A stretch of DNA of 63,638 nucleotides, counting the filler, from Atractiella rhizophila (lineage: Eukaryota), in assembly GCA_021432655.1 (NCBI GenBank). It is 4 parts of 4 records of this genome, joined end to end, with 100 filler letters (N's around TTAATTAATTAA, not from the genome) between each part and the next. Parts side by side here need not be neighbours in the genome. Positions count along the whole stretch, not along the records: positions 1 to 25,464 come from MU271771.1; positions 25,565 to 51,011 come from MU271772.1; 2 more parts are not named here. One strand, given 5' to 3'. Position numbers and translations under genes: made by a program. This document shows positions 22,946 through 35,529 of this stretch, piece after piece; position 1 is the stretch's first letter; every line of letters starts with the position of its first letter. The notes beneath the pieces were generated by a model. The model had not been told where the DNA came from. It did no database searches and saw only the letters and a program-made list of their open reading frames with translations.

Positions 22946-25464
22946 TCAGAGCGAATATAAGAAGTCTGTCCCAAATTTCAGTCACGACTCTCCTCTGCAA
23001 GAGAAATAGTATAATTGCACACCTTCATTTTGTAGATCCGTCATGTCCAAGAAGGCATTGCTGTTATGAACACCCGTCTTTCCCTCCGCTTCATCCAACC
23101 TCTTCTGCTTCTCCATCAACTCCCTCATCTTGCTATCGGACACCAAACTCAAGTCGACGACCTTCGCGCTCTTGCCTAACGATACGCGTTTGCGCTCGTG
23201 GAGCTTGTTGAGGAAGATGAGGTAGAAGAAGGTGAGCACCGTGAGGCCGGTGAGGATGGCGAGCAAGATCAGATTGGCCGTTAGACCCCGGTGGTATTCT
23301 GGATTCAGTTTTAGTGAGTTCATTGAAATGAAAGGAGGGGTGAAGACGAACCTGGAGCCTCGTTGGCGTGGTACAGTTGTGGGCCGACGATGTTGCCCAC
23401 GCTCTGGCCGACGAAAAGGATACCAGTGGTAGTCAACTTCTTAGTGTGTCCAGCGGTGTTACTGCTGGACCAGACGTATACCACCGGAGAGATTGCGACG
23501 TAGACGGAGAGGACATAGTAAGCGGCTAGCAATCTATTTCACAGCAACCAGAAAAAAGTATCAGAGCCCTATCCTTCTGGATATAACGCGAGGAGAGGAA
23601 GGGAAAGAGGAAACGCACGAGTTCCTATGTTCAGCTCCACGAGGTAAAGCGTAAAGGGCTCCCGCACCAGCTAACGGGAAGAGACAGAGGGTGAACAAGA
23701 CTGGACCCTTCCTGTGGGTGTATTGGACTACAAGGGCGGCGATTATGGAGGAGCACATCTGGATCGCACCAGGGATCATATTGTGAAGGATCGTTTGGAA
23801 CGGCTTTTCACAAAAGTAACACGGTCAGCTCTTTCGTTCACTTCAAGTGCAAGGAGGAGTAGGATACGCACGTTGTACCCGAATCCTTTGAGGATGAGAG
23901 GTCCGAATGTCGTGATCCTTTAACGCGGCGAGTCAGCTTTCCTGACGCCTCCATGGATAGAAGCAAGACGGCGCACCCTCCACTGACAGTTGAGATGCTA
24001 CAAATCTTCTCTCAGCACCGTATTAGGATCAAAGTGATAAAACTCACCAGAAGATGAGGGAGAACCAAAGCCAAGTCTTGACATCCAAGAACGCCTACAA
24101 GACCACGTCAACATTCCTTTTCCTTTCCTTGAAACCGGGGCAGAAAGAGACGGACCTCCCGACATTGTGCCCACTTCCACTCCTTAGTCTCCGTCCCCGT
24201 ATTGTTCGCTCTCACCCTCTCGATCGCCACGATCTTCTCTTCATGGGTCAAAAACTTCGCACCACTGTATCACCACACATCGAACGGATCAGATGTCGTC
24301 CTTTAGAAGAGAAGGGAGAAGAGAGTGAGACGCACGAAGGAGAGTCGGGCATGACGAGGACCAAGGGGAGTGCGAGGGCTACGGTGAGACATCCGCAGAA
24401 GAGAAATATGATTTGGTCTGCATTTCGTGATCCGCGCGAACAAATCAGCTCCTTTTCGTGACGTTGAAGAGAGGGGACGTACAGGGATGAAGTGTGTCGG
24501 AATGGATGTGTCCCAATCCGTAAGAAAGCAGCGAACCTGATCACCAAAGCAGGGGTTAGGGTCGTTCCTCTGTCTTCTTTTTGATGGAGAGCGCACCGAG
24601 AATGTTGACCAATCCTGAACGGTCCACAAATGAGCATAACCAAAACCCCAGAGAATAGAATATGAAACGGGAAGGGAAGCGTACCGTTCATGCTATACCA
24701 CAACGCGGTCCTCAAGGGTTGTTCCCTCCTCCTCCAAAACATCGCAGTCCTTCATCCCGCACAACGCTCACGTCAGACAAAATAACTCTCGGAAAGATAG
24801 GAGGATGTACAAAGTTACGAAGGTGGGAGCCACGGTTGCTTCGCATGCACCGAGGAAGAATCTGGCCGTTGCGAGTCCTCCAAAGCTTTTAGCAGAAGCC
24901 ATGCACGCCAGTACCTATGTACCATCCAGCATTTAGCATCGACTTCCTCATACCAAACAAGGCGAGAAGGAAAGGGAAGGAAGACGCACGATTCCCCAAC
25001 CCAAAAAGTTGGCACTGAGCCATTTACCGGGTGGAAACCTGACCAATGCATAGGATGACAGAGGCTGGAAGACGAGTTGGGCGAAGTAGACGATGGAGCC
25101 GAGCCAGGAGTATTGTTGGCCGTGCAAGTGTGCGTCGGCTTGGATGCCAAAGACGGCGGAGAAGGAAAGGGCTGATTTGCTGCACGGTTCGAATTTAGCT
25201 AATGAAACAATAAATGGAGGGAGGGCTCACTCGAGTTGTTGGAGGAAGTAGACGGCCTGTGTGAAGATTCAGAATGAATAAAATATAATAGAGCGCTCGT
25301 TTGAAGGAGATAGGAGGAAGACGAACGAGCATGGGAGGCAATAACCAGGTGTCGATCTTCCTCAAAACCCTCTTACTCTCCTCCTCGCTGATCTCCCTCG
25401 GCTTATCCAATCCCTCACCCAGAATAGCAGCCGCCGCATCCAACGACTGAAACTTGTTCTCTCC
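22946..25464 (-). CDS. MFS transporter, anion:cation symporter (DAL5/allantoate permease) family; 5' end lost in gap
   Basis: VLRKIDTWLLP, QYSWLGSIVYFAQL, RFFLGACEA, FWRRREQPLRTALWYSMNG, MPDSP, SSNTAGHTKK, GNIVGPQLY, AFLDMTDLQNEDFLYSL*. Confidence 0.9.
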
Positions 25465-25564
25465 NNNNNNNNNNNNNNNNNNNNNNNNNNNNNNNNNNNN
25501 NNNNNNNNTTAATTAATTAANNNNNNNNNNNNNNNNNNNNNNNNNNNNNNNNNNNNNNNNNNNN
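25465..25564. other. Assembly gap with TTAATTAATTAA linker
   Basis: 100-nt N block with a central six-frame stop spacer. Confidence 0.97.
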
Positions 25565-26847
25565 AATAAAACCTTTGGAGGAACTCTCTCCAAATACATA
25601 CTTTCTAAGTCTCCAGCCCTTGGAGGCTTGCCAGCAGTATTCAACCTGTTCCTCCCTGCTGAAGCCGAATCTCAAAAGGTACCTGCCATCATCTACCTCG
25701 CTGGTTTAACCTGCAACGAGGTTCGTCCTAAATACCTCCCCTCTTCTATCCTATTCAGTGCCATTGGACTGAAGAATGGTGAAGGACACTGGCGCACATA
25801 AAGGTGGATTCATCCGTGATCTCGCCGAGAACGGGTTTGCAGGGATATTCCCAGATACGAGTCCGAGGAACGCGAATATCGAAGGAGAAGAAGATGGATG
25901 GGATTTCGGGACTGGAGCTGGGTTTTATTTGAATGCGAGCGTTGAGAAGTGGAAGAAAAATTACAATATGTTTGTCTTTTACTCTCCATTCCATCACAAC
26001 GTAAAGTTTCGCGGCTAATCACGCATCACTGGCTCTGCGACGATATAGGAAGGAGTATGTCGTCGACGACCTGATCGGATGCCTTGTGAGAGAGGGAATA
26101 AATATCGACGAGACCAGAATCTCTCTGATGGGTCACAGCATGGTCGGTGTCTCTCCATGAACTCCTTCCCGCGGCGGCTATATCTTCCTTCGCGCGACTT
26201 AAGGCTTGCCTGGATAGGGAGGACACGGGGCTCTCACACTCTACCTTTCTAATCCATCCAAATTCAGAAGTGCGAGGTGCGTCACTCCTCACAAAGACTA
26301 CCGCAGGCGTGTAAACCTGACCCTAGTGCCTTCGCCCCGATTGCGAATCCCTCCAATCCCCGTTGTAAATGGGGACAAAAAGCTTTTTCTGGATACCTGG
26401 AAGGTGGAGCAGAGGAGGGAAAGAAGTACGATGCGACCGAACTGCTGAGGGGGCTGGAGAAACAGGAGTTGAGGATTCTCGCTGACGTTGGACTAGCTGG
26501 TCTGTCTCTCTTCCGCTCCTTTCGCTTTGTATCAATGTTTCTAAATTGCACTCCTTCTTTCTGACTGACTTGAATCCACTGTATAGATAACTTTTATAAG
26601 GACGATCAACTCTTGCCAGAGGAGTTTGTCAAAGTAGCGAAAGAGAAAGTATGTCAACTCTCCCTTTCCCTTTATCCCAGTCCCATCCGTACACAGACCT
26701 ACATATCTGATTTTGTTGAATGTGAAGGGATACACAGATGATCAGATCAAAGTTAACTTCAGAGAGGGATATGACCATTCCTACTACTTCATCTCCACCT
26801 TCGCTCCTGACCATGTCAAGTTTCACGCCAAGTACCTTAAAGCCTGA
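25565..26847 (+). CDS. FGH1: S-formylglutathione hydrolase (esterase D); start codon in gap
   Basis: [45 protein letters not shown] nucleophile elbow, [31 protein letters not shown]...HAKYLKA*. Confidence 0.95.
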
Positions 26848-27442
26848 ATTCTCATGGTCGGTTAGTAGGAGCTTTGAAGCCTGGATGTACGACGTAGAGG
26901 ACGTGTATGTAAAATGCAAAATGGAGAAATTTGAATGTAAAGCCTGGTCTCTTCGCGCCGTCCTCTTCCCGGCCAGTAAGCTGCTCCCCAATCACTTGAA
27001 CCTACCTGCACACTCCACACAGTAATTGTGTTCTTCTGCGGATGAAGTGACAACGCCCCTCAAATAAAACATGTTGTGTCAGCTTACACACGCACTGGAC
27101 CCATGCACGTGCTGACAATTCCTCCCTGTCCTTTTGCAGGAAACCATCGGGAGAGCTGAGTGATGCGGCTCCATGGGTTATATAAGACAACCAATCCCGA
27201 GGAAAACAGCGCGCTTCCCCTTATTCCGCTCTTGCACCTCCACGTTCTATAATCTCAACAGCTGTCAACCGTTCGGGACAGGGTATCGGCTGACACACCT
27301 TCATTACAATCTAAAGACTTGTCACCTGCCCTAAGATAGACTTTATAAAGCAAGCTGAGACAGGATGTTCAGCTCCATCTTCAGATCCCAACAACATTTT
27401 TCAAAGCAGCTTTTCGTTAACTACCTCAGAGGCTACTCTAGC

Positions 27443-28301
27443 ATGTCTTCCCAAGCTCCGTCCTCCAAGTCTGGGCTTACGCTCTACTCGTAAGCTTTTT
27501 TTGTCATGGCAAGATTATGGCTCATGGCGTGCAGCTGGCCGACGCCGAACGGTGTGAAACTTTCAATCGCTCTGGAAGAGCTGAAACAAGCTGGAGACAT
27601 CCCAGGTCTGAAGTCCTTTCATCCTTTTAGAAAGCAGCAAGTGACAGAATAAATTCGTAGACTATGCCGTCGTCCCCATCAACATTGGAGCTTCTCCTGA
27701 ACCTCAAAAACAACCCGACTTCCTCGCCATCAATCCCAACGGCCGCATCCCAGCTCTACACGACTCCAACAAAGACTTTAGCGTCTTCGAATCCGGCGCC
27801 ATCCTCCTCTACCTCGCGGAACACTATTCTCCCTCTCACAAATTCGACTTCTCTGCTGGTTCACTCAAGGAGCAGTCCGAACTGCTGCAGTGGATCTTCT
27901 TCCAGGCGGGAGGCTTGGGACCCATGGCAGGACAGTTAGGGCATTTCAAGGGTGCCGCGGCGAAGATTGGACAGGACAAGGCGGAATACGGGATCAACAG
28001 GTATGCGGCGGAAACAAAGAGGTTGCTCGAGGTCTATGAGAAGAGACTGGAGGGCAGAGATTACCTTGTAGGAGAGGGGAAGGGGAAGTACTCCTTCGCC
28101 GACATTATGACTATTGGTTGGGCGAGATTGGCACCTGGGTAAAGCGGTTACTCTTGGGTAGACGCGCAGAGCTCACCCGTTTAAAACAGTGCCCTCACCG
28201 ACCCCCACAAGGCAGAATTCCCTAACGTCAAAGCTTGGGTCGATAGAATTGAAGCACGTCCAGCAGTGCAGGTCGGCCTCAAGACACCTCCCAGGGAATG
28301 A
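27443..28301 (+). CDS. Glutathione S-transferase, Ure2/Nu (YfcG-like) class, copy 1
   Basis: LYS|WPTPNGVKLSIALEEL, QKQPDFLAINPNGRIPAL, VFESGAILLYL, QWIFFQAGGLGPMAGQ, RYAAETKRL, YSFADI, WVDRIEARPAVQVG. Confidence 0.93.
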
Positions 28302-29016
28302 CTAGGGAAAGAGTCGAAAATTTGATTCCAACATGTAATATAATATGATGCTTTGTAGGTTTTAAATCGAGACGTTGGAATTATGAAAACGATAACTCGC
28401 GCTCCTCAATATTGTTCTGACAGCCGTTGCATTGGGCCCCTGTATGAAGAGAGAGATAGATATCTGTAGTAGATGTGTCTGCCTTGAGCAAAAGTGGTAC
28501 CTCCATATTTGCTGCTGAATGGGTGGCTCCGTGACCAATAATTAGGTTTACTCGAATCGTAGTAAGCCTGCTCCGAAAACGATTCTCTGATAGGCTGAAA
28601 TCCCTTGCCAGGCAGAGTCGAGGTCCGGCAAGCTTGAAATGTTGATTTGAATCTGCCAGTGGAGTTGAGCGGCTTCATACTACAAGACGGCGGCGATGGC
28701 TCCATTGTCCGACTTGCGGCGCTGGCAACAGAAATTTCCAGTAATTCACGCCAGTTCATGCTGACACCAGGCCACAAGCATTCAGTAGCTCCAAAACCAT
28801 ACTTCCTTACCTTGTGAGGTTCGTTCAAGGTTGGTTTGTCAGTGACATTCATTCAAAATAGTCATCAAACATGGATAGGCTATCAACTTTAACCAACCCA
28901 CACCTTTTGACACAACCATCTATTGCCAGGACACTATAAAATGGACGCAGTCCTGGCTACAACTGCTCATGACTCTCATAAGAACAACCTCACGGAAGAT
29001 CCACAGCTTTCTAAAG

Positions 29017-29899
29017 ATGTCGTTTGAGCTTCCTACATCGAAATCCGGCCTCATCCTCTACTCGTGTGTCCAACCCGTTATACCCGAGAGGTGCGCGATA
29101 CTGACGCTACTGAGCGCAGATGGCCAACACCGAACGGCGTGAAAGCGTCGATTGCCCTGGAAGAACTCAAGCAAGCGGGAGACATTGTTGGTATGTCACT
29201 ATCCATTCCTTCTGTTACCGACAAGTACTGAGGCTGAGAAAACGGTAGACTACGCGGTGGTACCCCTCAACATTGGCGCATCACCTGAACCTCAAAAGCA
29301 ACCTACCTTCCTCTCAATCAATCCCAACGGACGCATTCCGGCTCTTCACGACGCGAACAACAACTTCAACGTCTTTGAATCCGGCGCCATCCTCCATTAT
29401 CTCGCATCCTACCATTCCCCTTCCCATACGTTCGACTTTGCTCAAGGTACCGCTAAAGAACAGTCTGAAATGCTCCAGTGGATGTTCTTCCAAGTTGGCG
29501 GTCTGGGACCCATGCAAGGACAGTTGGAACACTTTAGAAGGGCCGCTACGAAGATTGGAGAAGAGAAAGCAGAATATGGGCTCAATAGATATGGAGCGGA
29601 AACTAAAAGGCTCCTTCAGGTGTACGAGAACAGGTTGCAGGGAAGAGAGTACCTCGTGGGTGAAGGGAAGGGTAAATACTCTTTTGCAGACATCATCACT
29701 TTTGGATGGGCAAGATTGGCGCCTCAGTGCGTAGTCACTTCTCTCCCTTCTTTCGTACCACCGAATACCAAATTGACACGGTGGAAATAGGATGCTCCCT
29801 GGAATTTTTGATGAACTCCCGAATGTGAAGGCATGGGTTGAAAGGATCGAAGCGCGGCCTGCTGTCCAGGTCGGACTGAAGACGCCACCTAGGAATTGA
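29017..29899 (+). CDS. Glutathione S-transferase, Ure2/Nu class, tandem copy 2
   Basis: Same intron positions and high similarity to 27443-28301: WPTPNGVKASIALEEL, NPNGRIP, FESGAI, GGLGPMQGQ, IEARPAVQVG. Confidence 0.93.
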
Positions 29900-30131
29900 A
29901 AAGAAGAGAAAATGACTGATGCCTAAGATACTTTCAAATCTGAGATGTCCTGAAGTACCGTTGTTCGGACGCAAATCCTCTTACAAAGTATAATGTAGAT
30001 TTTCGCGCGTATGATGCATCCAAGACGCACTGAAATGTCGCATTGGTTCTCATACCAAATTTGGACAGAAGATGAAGTATACATTAGGTATGCAAAGGGG
30101 TACGTAGATAATACGTGTCACACGCCAACCA

Positions 30132-30741
30132 TCAGAGCTTGCTCTGTGCATCTTTGAGCACCGTCTAGAAGTCGAGGTATGAGTAACGCATGACTATGGA
30201 GAGAAGAAGAACTCACGTCAAGTTTGGTAGCCAGCCTATGTCCCCACGCGACGATTAGAATGGACTGTGGCATGAGGAATAAAAGATTGACGCACATGAT
30301 GTTTCCCTTTACCTTCAGCTTGCCGCTCATGAATGCCTTCTGACCGTTTAGCTTGCCATCAGCCAAGTCTTGGACTGTCACGCAGAACAGCAATGTCAGC
30401 ATGCCATGAAATGAACTGAAACAAAAGCCTCACAAGTCTGATCTGCCACGTTGATGGTCACATCTGCTTTTGGCTTTGCCGGTCCTTTGTAGACCTTTCC
30501 TTCCTAAACACGGTAGCCATCTGAACCTCCCTCCCCACACGTTCTAGAGTGTGCGCAAGCGTACCTTCTTGAGGTCGATGGTCCACACACCCTCCTTCGC
30601 GCCATTCTTGATCCTCATCTCAAAGATACCGTTCACCTTCTTCATACTTGACTTCTTCTCATTCTCGCTCATGCCCTCCAATCCCTTTTGGATGAGGTCG
30701 AAGATGTTGGAGGACTTGATTTCTTTGTCGGCGAGAGACAT
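30132..30741 (-). CDS. SCP2: Sterol carrier protein 2 / peroxisomal lipid-transfer protein (POX18-like), PTS1 SKL
   Basis: WTIDLKK|EGKVYKG...ADVTI, DGKLNGQKAFMSGKLKVKGNIM|LATKLD|TVLKDAQSKL*. Confidence 0.93.
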
Positions 30742-31000
30742 AGCGAGGTCTTTCTAAGAGGTTCGTATGAGAGTGAGAGAGGTTTGGTGTTTCTGAGAAG
30801 CTCCTTGAAGGGAACAGGCTGTCTTTAAGGGACGTGTGACGTTGAATGTAGGCGGCAAACAAGAGACCGAGTTCCGTCCCCTGCGGCAAACAACTGATCC
30901 GGCGGGCACAAGATAGGACCGAACTTAGAATATGTTTTCCGGGAACCCAAACGCGTCGACAAGTTATGACAACCTCCAAATTTCTGTAATCTGCCCTGTC

Positions 31001-34000
31001 ATGGCCTCTACCAATCCCCTTACCAAGCAGTACACCCTGCAGACTCCAACCCACGACGCGAATCAGAAATCGCCATATTTTCAATCATCCACTAATCCTG
31101 CAAAGCGCGTGAGAGCAACAGTTGGGAATGGGGGAGCAGGTAGTCATGATCATCAAGGTCCCAAATACTTTGAGGTGAGCTTATTTGCGCGAAAAAAAGG
31201 AAGGGTAAGAAAAAAAAAAAATGTGGAGGTTCTGTATAGGATTCCGCAGAGTAGGAAACATAAAACTTGGGATGGGGATGGCATCCTCCTGCTCATGGGC
31301 AAGAAAGCGCAGCTCAGAAATGAAGATGGGGCCAAGTACGCCAGCTTTGCCTAGAAGGTCGGGCTGTTGACTTTGTATTAGCATCGACAAAGGTGAGGTA
31401 ATTGGGCGGGCTGACAAAGTGGGAGATTTGTTTCGTGTTGGCGCATACGAAGTGGAGGTGGGTTCCATTCTTCTCTGCGTGGGTTTCAATAACTGCTTCT
31501 GTGATGGTACCAAGATCTCAGACAGCGCTTCAGCATCTCAATTTTATCGTTCAATACCTCCACCTACATCATCTTCACATAGACCAGAACCCAGGAGCAC
31601 AAGCTACATCGCTCCACACATCATAACCGGAGGCTCGCGAACGGTGACTGCTCCCGCACTCCATCCCTCCCCGACGGTATTGCCGATGGGTCGTGCGCAG
31701 AAATCACATGTTCTCCTCCCTAAGCGCGCCAATTCGCCGAGCAAGGATGCATCTCCAGTTCGCCCTCCTTCGCCCCCCATAATCGTCGATCTGGATGAAG
31801 AAATCGGTGGAGGGAAGATTTTGAGCGATGAGGGGTCGCCGGTAGGAAGATCCAAGTCTAATGAGAAGGAAAAGGGAAGAGGAGGAGGGTTGCATGTGGC
31901 GCAAAGGCGAGGTGCAGCAAAGGAATTCCAGCCCGTCATTGGAGTAAAGAGGAAAGCTGAGGTGTTGGATGAGAGAGGGAAGGAGGAGGAGTGGAAGTTC
32001 TATAATGTGATTCCTTTTTCCTCCAGAGGTCTTGTTGCTGAAACCGCATTGTAGGTACAATACCGAAAACCGCAACACAAGAAACATAAGACTTGGGACG
32101 CTGATGGGATACTTATCGTCGACTTACGGGGCGATGCGACGCTGTACAAGTCTGAAAAGAAAGTGAAGTGTGTGCTCCTCCATCCGTGAAGTTGCAGACT
32201 AACGCAGGACAATAGGATCGGTTCTGGGAACCTGTCCAATCATTTGCTCCGAGAAGACAAGGAGCTGTTCCTTTCTGGTTTCGAACTCAAGATAGTCTCC
32301 ACCCTCCGCCCTTCCTCTTTCATCTCGGGCGACATTTACCTGTCGTCTCATGAGCTAAACCTGACGAATAACTCGACCCGATTGGCCTTGGACGCTCCAA
32401 TAGCGTCTACCTTCTTTGGAGGTGGTGAACCAGCGGTTGCAACCACGAATGGTAATTCTTTCCGTGACCCAATGCCTGGAGGTTCCACAGCTTCGAGGCA
32501 TGCGGGAGTGACGAAAAATAGTGCAAAACCACGGCACGACCCGTTGAGAGAAGGGGCTGTGGTGATGCGTCGTCCGGACGCCAGGTTTGCGGCGAACGAG
32601 AGCAGGAATCCCAAGGGATTGGAAGTGACAGACGTCGTCATCGATCCCATGATAGGGAATAAGTTGATGGATCATCAGAAGGAGGGAGTACGCTTCTTAT
32701 ACGAGGTTCGCGTTCTCGTTTGATTACGCTCCAGTGTACTGATACAAGGCCAGTGTGTCAGCGGTTTGAGGGAGGAAGGCTACGAAGGGTGCATTTTAGC
32801 AGACGATATGGGGCTTGGAAAGACTGTACAAGCCATCACGCTGATTTGGACCCTACTTCGTGCGCCCCATTTTGATCGGCCCTGTGACAACTAACTTACA
32901 CTTCACTAGGTCAATCGATGTTCTTTGGCGGTGGGCCCATGCTCAAGCGAGCACTGATTGTTTGTCCTAAAACTCTCACGAGGAACTGGGAGAAGGAGTT
33001 CCGGAAGTGGCTTGGACGAGATAGAGTCCGCCTGTTGGTTGCAAACAAGAAGGAGGCGTTAGACAGCTTGGTTCTTTCTAGCGTCTACCAGGTCGTGATT
33101 ATTAGTATGCCTTTTCTTCAGCCATTGGACCGCTTGTTAACGTGTTTTGTGTGGAGGTTACGATATGTTGCGCATGAACATCGATAAACTCCAAAAGTGT
33201 CGACCTAAGATTGGTTTAATGGTCTGCGACGAAGGACACAAACTGAAAAGTGCTGAAGCTCAGATCACTGTTGCCTTGAAGAAACTGGACTGTCCTCGAA
33301 GGATCATCTTGACAGGGACGCCAATCCAAGTGCGTTTGTCGCTGTGTATATTTCGTCCACCTAAAAAGTAAATCTCAGAACAATCTTTTGGAGTTGCATT
33401 CATTGGTACATCCATCTTTACGCATTATGACGCTCCGTAACACTGATATTCCTTAGATGGGCTTTGTGAATCCGAACCTATTGGGACAGTATGCTGAGTT
33501 CAAGAAACACTTTGAAATCCCTATCACCAGAGCCGATAACGACAACTGTTCCGCCGCCAATCGGGAGTTAGCCCAAGATAGGAAAGAACAGCTAAAGGAG
33601 CTCATCGATCCTTTCATGCTCCGTCGGACGAATGAAGTCATGAAGTCATCACTACCGCCTCTCGGTTCGCTTCTTTATTTTCTCTTCCTCGCAGTAGCTG
33701 AGTGGATGCTCAATAGAGGAGTATATCGTTCTCTGCAAGCCATCCGCACTCCAGAATCAAATCTTCAATCTACTTTTGAGTGACGAGAAAAAGGAAGAGC
33801 TGCAGAACATGTCGGAAGGGACGGCGGCAGCAATGGCTTTTCTCTCCCTCCTTCGAAAGATATCCAACAGTCCGGGTTTGTTATTGAGCAGGAAAGAGTC
33901 GGTGGGTACATTTCGGTTCAAAAATTCCATGTTAATGCGTGCGTGAACAGAAAAACGCTACGGTAGGGGCATGCACAGACGATGTGATGAAGCTCATCCC

Positions 34001-35287
34001 TGCTGGCGCATTTCCGGCTGATCCATCCTTCTCAGGTATGTTCCTTCCTGAGAGGTGGCGTGTAATTCAACAGATTAAATCGGGAACAGGCAAATTACAA
34101 GTGCTGTTCAACATTCTGAAGTACCTTCACGACCACACGGATGAAAAGATTGTGATCGTCTCCAATTTCACCACCACTCTCGATCTCATCGAAGCATGTT
34201 GTCAAAAGAAATCTTACCGCATGCGCAAGCTCGATGGGTTTGGCTTCTTCCTCCTTCCTCAGTCCTCAATCATGCTGATATGACGCGAGAAGGAAGACGC
34301 CGGACGCGGATCGACAAGCAATGATAAATGCCTTCAATTCCTCAAGCAGGAAACAAGACTTCATTCTTCTTCTGTCCTCCAAAGCCGGCGGCGTGGGTCT
34401 CACGATCACTGGTGCAAGTCGACTGGTACTCTTTGACCCAGACTGGAATCCAAGGTCTGTCCCTCATAAGCTCCATCAAACTTTGAATCATTAACAGAAT
34501 TTGGGTCGAAGTAACGACGCTCAGGCGATGGCTAGGATTCATAGGCAAGGTCAGACTCGGGTGAGGCACTTCCTTGAAATAAATCGTGAAATGAATTGCT
34601 GAGTGTCCGTTCATTTGTGACAGCCATGTTTTCTCTACCGTCTTCAATCCACGGGCACAATCGACGAGCGGATCTATCAACGACAGATAGTCAAAACCGG
34701 CCTCGCAAGTATCGTGATGGTTCGTCCTCTCATCACTTCATCAGGTTTTTGTTGACGCTATGGGTTGTGCGGATGAAAAGGGGGAAGGAAAAGAATCGAG
34801 TTTCGAAAACTCAATGTCACAAGACGAAATCAAGCGTCTGTTCTGCTACATCCCCTCCACCTCTTGCCTGACGCACGACCTCCTGAGCTGCTCCTGTCTC
34901 TCCTCCTCTAACATGGATGAAGACGCAGAGATGGAAATGATGGAGGAAGAGGACGGCGAGGATCGAAGAGGCTTCGTCACCGCGTCACAGTACCGTCCCC
35001 CCACCAAATCGGACAAAGAGAGCCGACGACTGGAGCCTCTGAAACAGTTTGACCATTATAGAATCCTCGGGAAGGAGGATGTGGAGGAATTGGAGATTAG
35101 AGACGAGTGTTTGAGGAGCGTGATTGAGAAGGGATGGAAGGAGGGGAGAGGGGAGAAGGAGGAGGCTGGAAGGGTCAGCTTTGTTTTTGGGACGAAGAAG
35201 GGCGGGTCGATTGGGGTCGTCGTTGAGGAGGAGGCAAGTGAGGAGGAGGGGGAGGAGGAGTTGCCTGATTTTGGAGGTCCCGATTGA
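31001..35287 (+). CDS. RDH54: SNF2-family DNA translocase RAD54B/Rdh54 (Tid1)-like
   Basis: [64 protein letters not shown]...[34 protein letters not shown], plus N-terminal KHKTWDxDG domains. Confidence 0.9.
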
Positions 35288-35529
35288 ACGTCATTGAGCA
35301 TGGTAAAGAGGTGATGTGAATATCCTGGGCTAGCTCAGTGTTGCTAGCCTCCAACTTCATCGTCATGTATAAGTATGAATCACCTGCATCCCGGTTTAAA
35401 TTTCTCACATAGTCCTTCTCGCCGCTGTCATAATGTTCAGATGTACAGGACGTTATGCATTACTATCATCCATAAGTATATATACCGATCCTTCCTCATA
35501 TTCATTTGCCAACAAAACCGCCCGTCCTA

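Noticed and set aside
25509..25520. TTAATTAATTAA palindrome inside N runs (also near 51056 and 62535)
   Set aside because: Artificial scaffolding linker with stops in all six frames. ORFs spanning X runs (49467-50684, and the ends of 51060 and 62539) are artefacts.
28406..28852. 148-aa minus-strand ORF between the GSTs
   Set aside because: No motif or splice support. Probably intergenic or a fragment.
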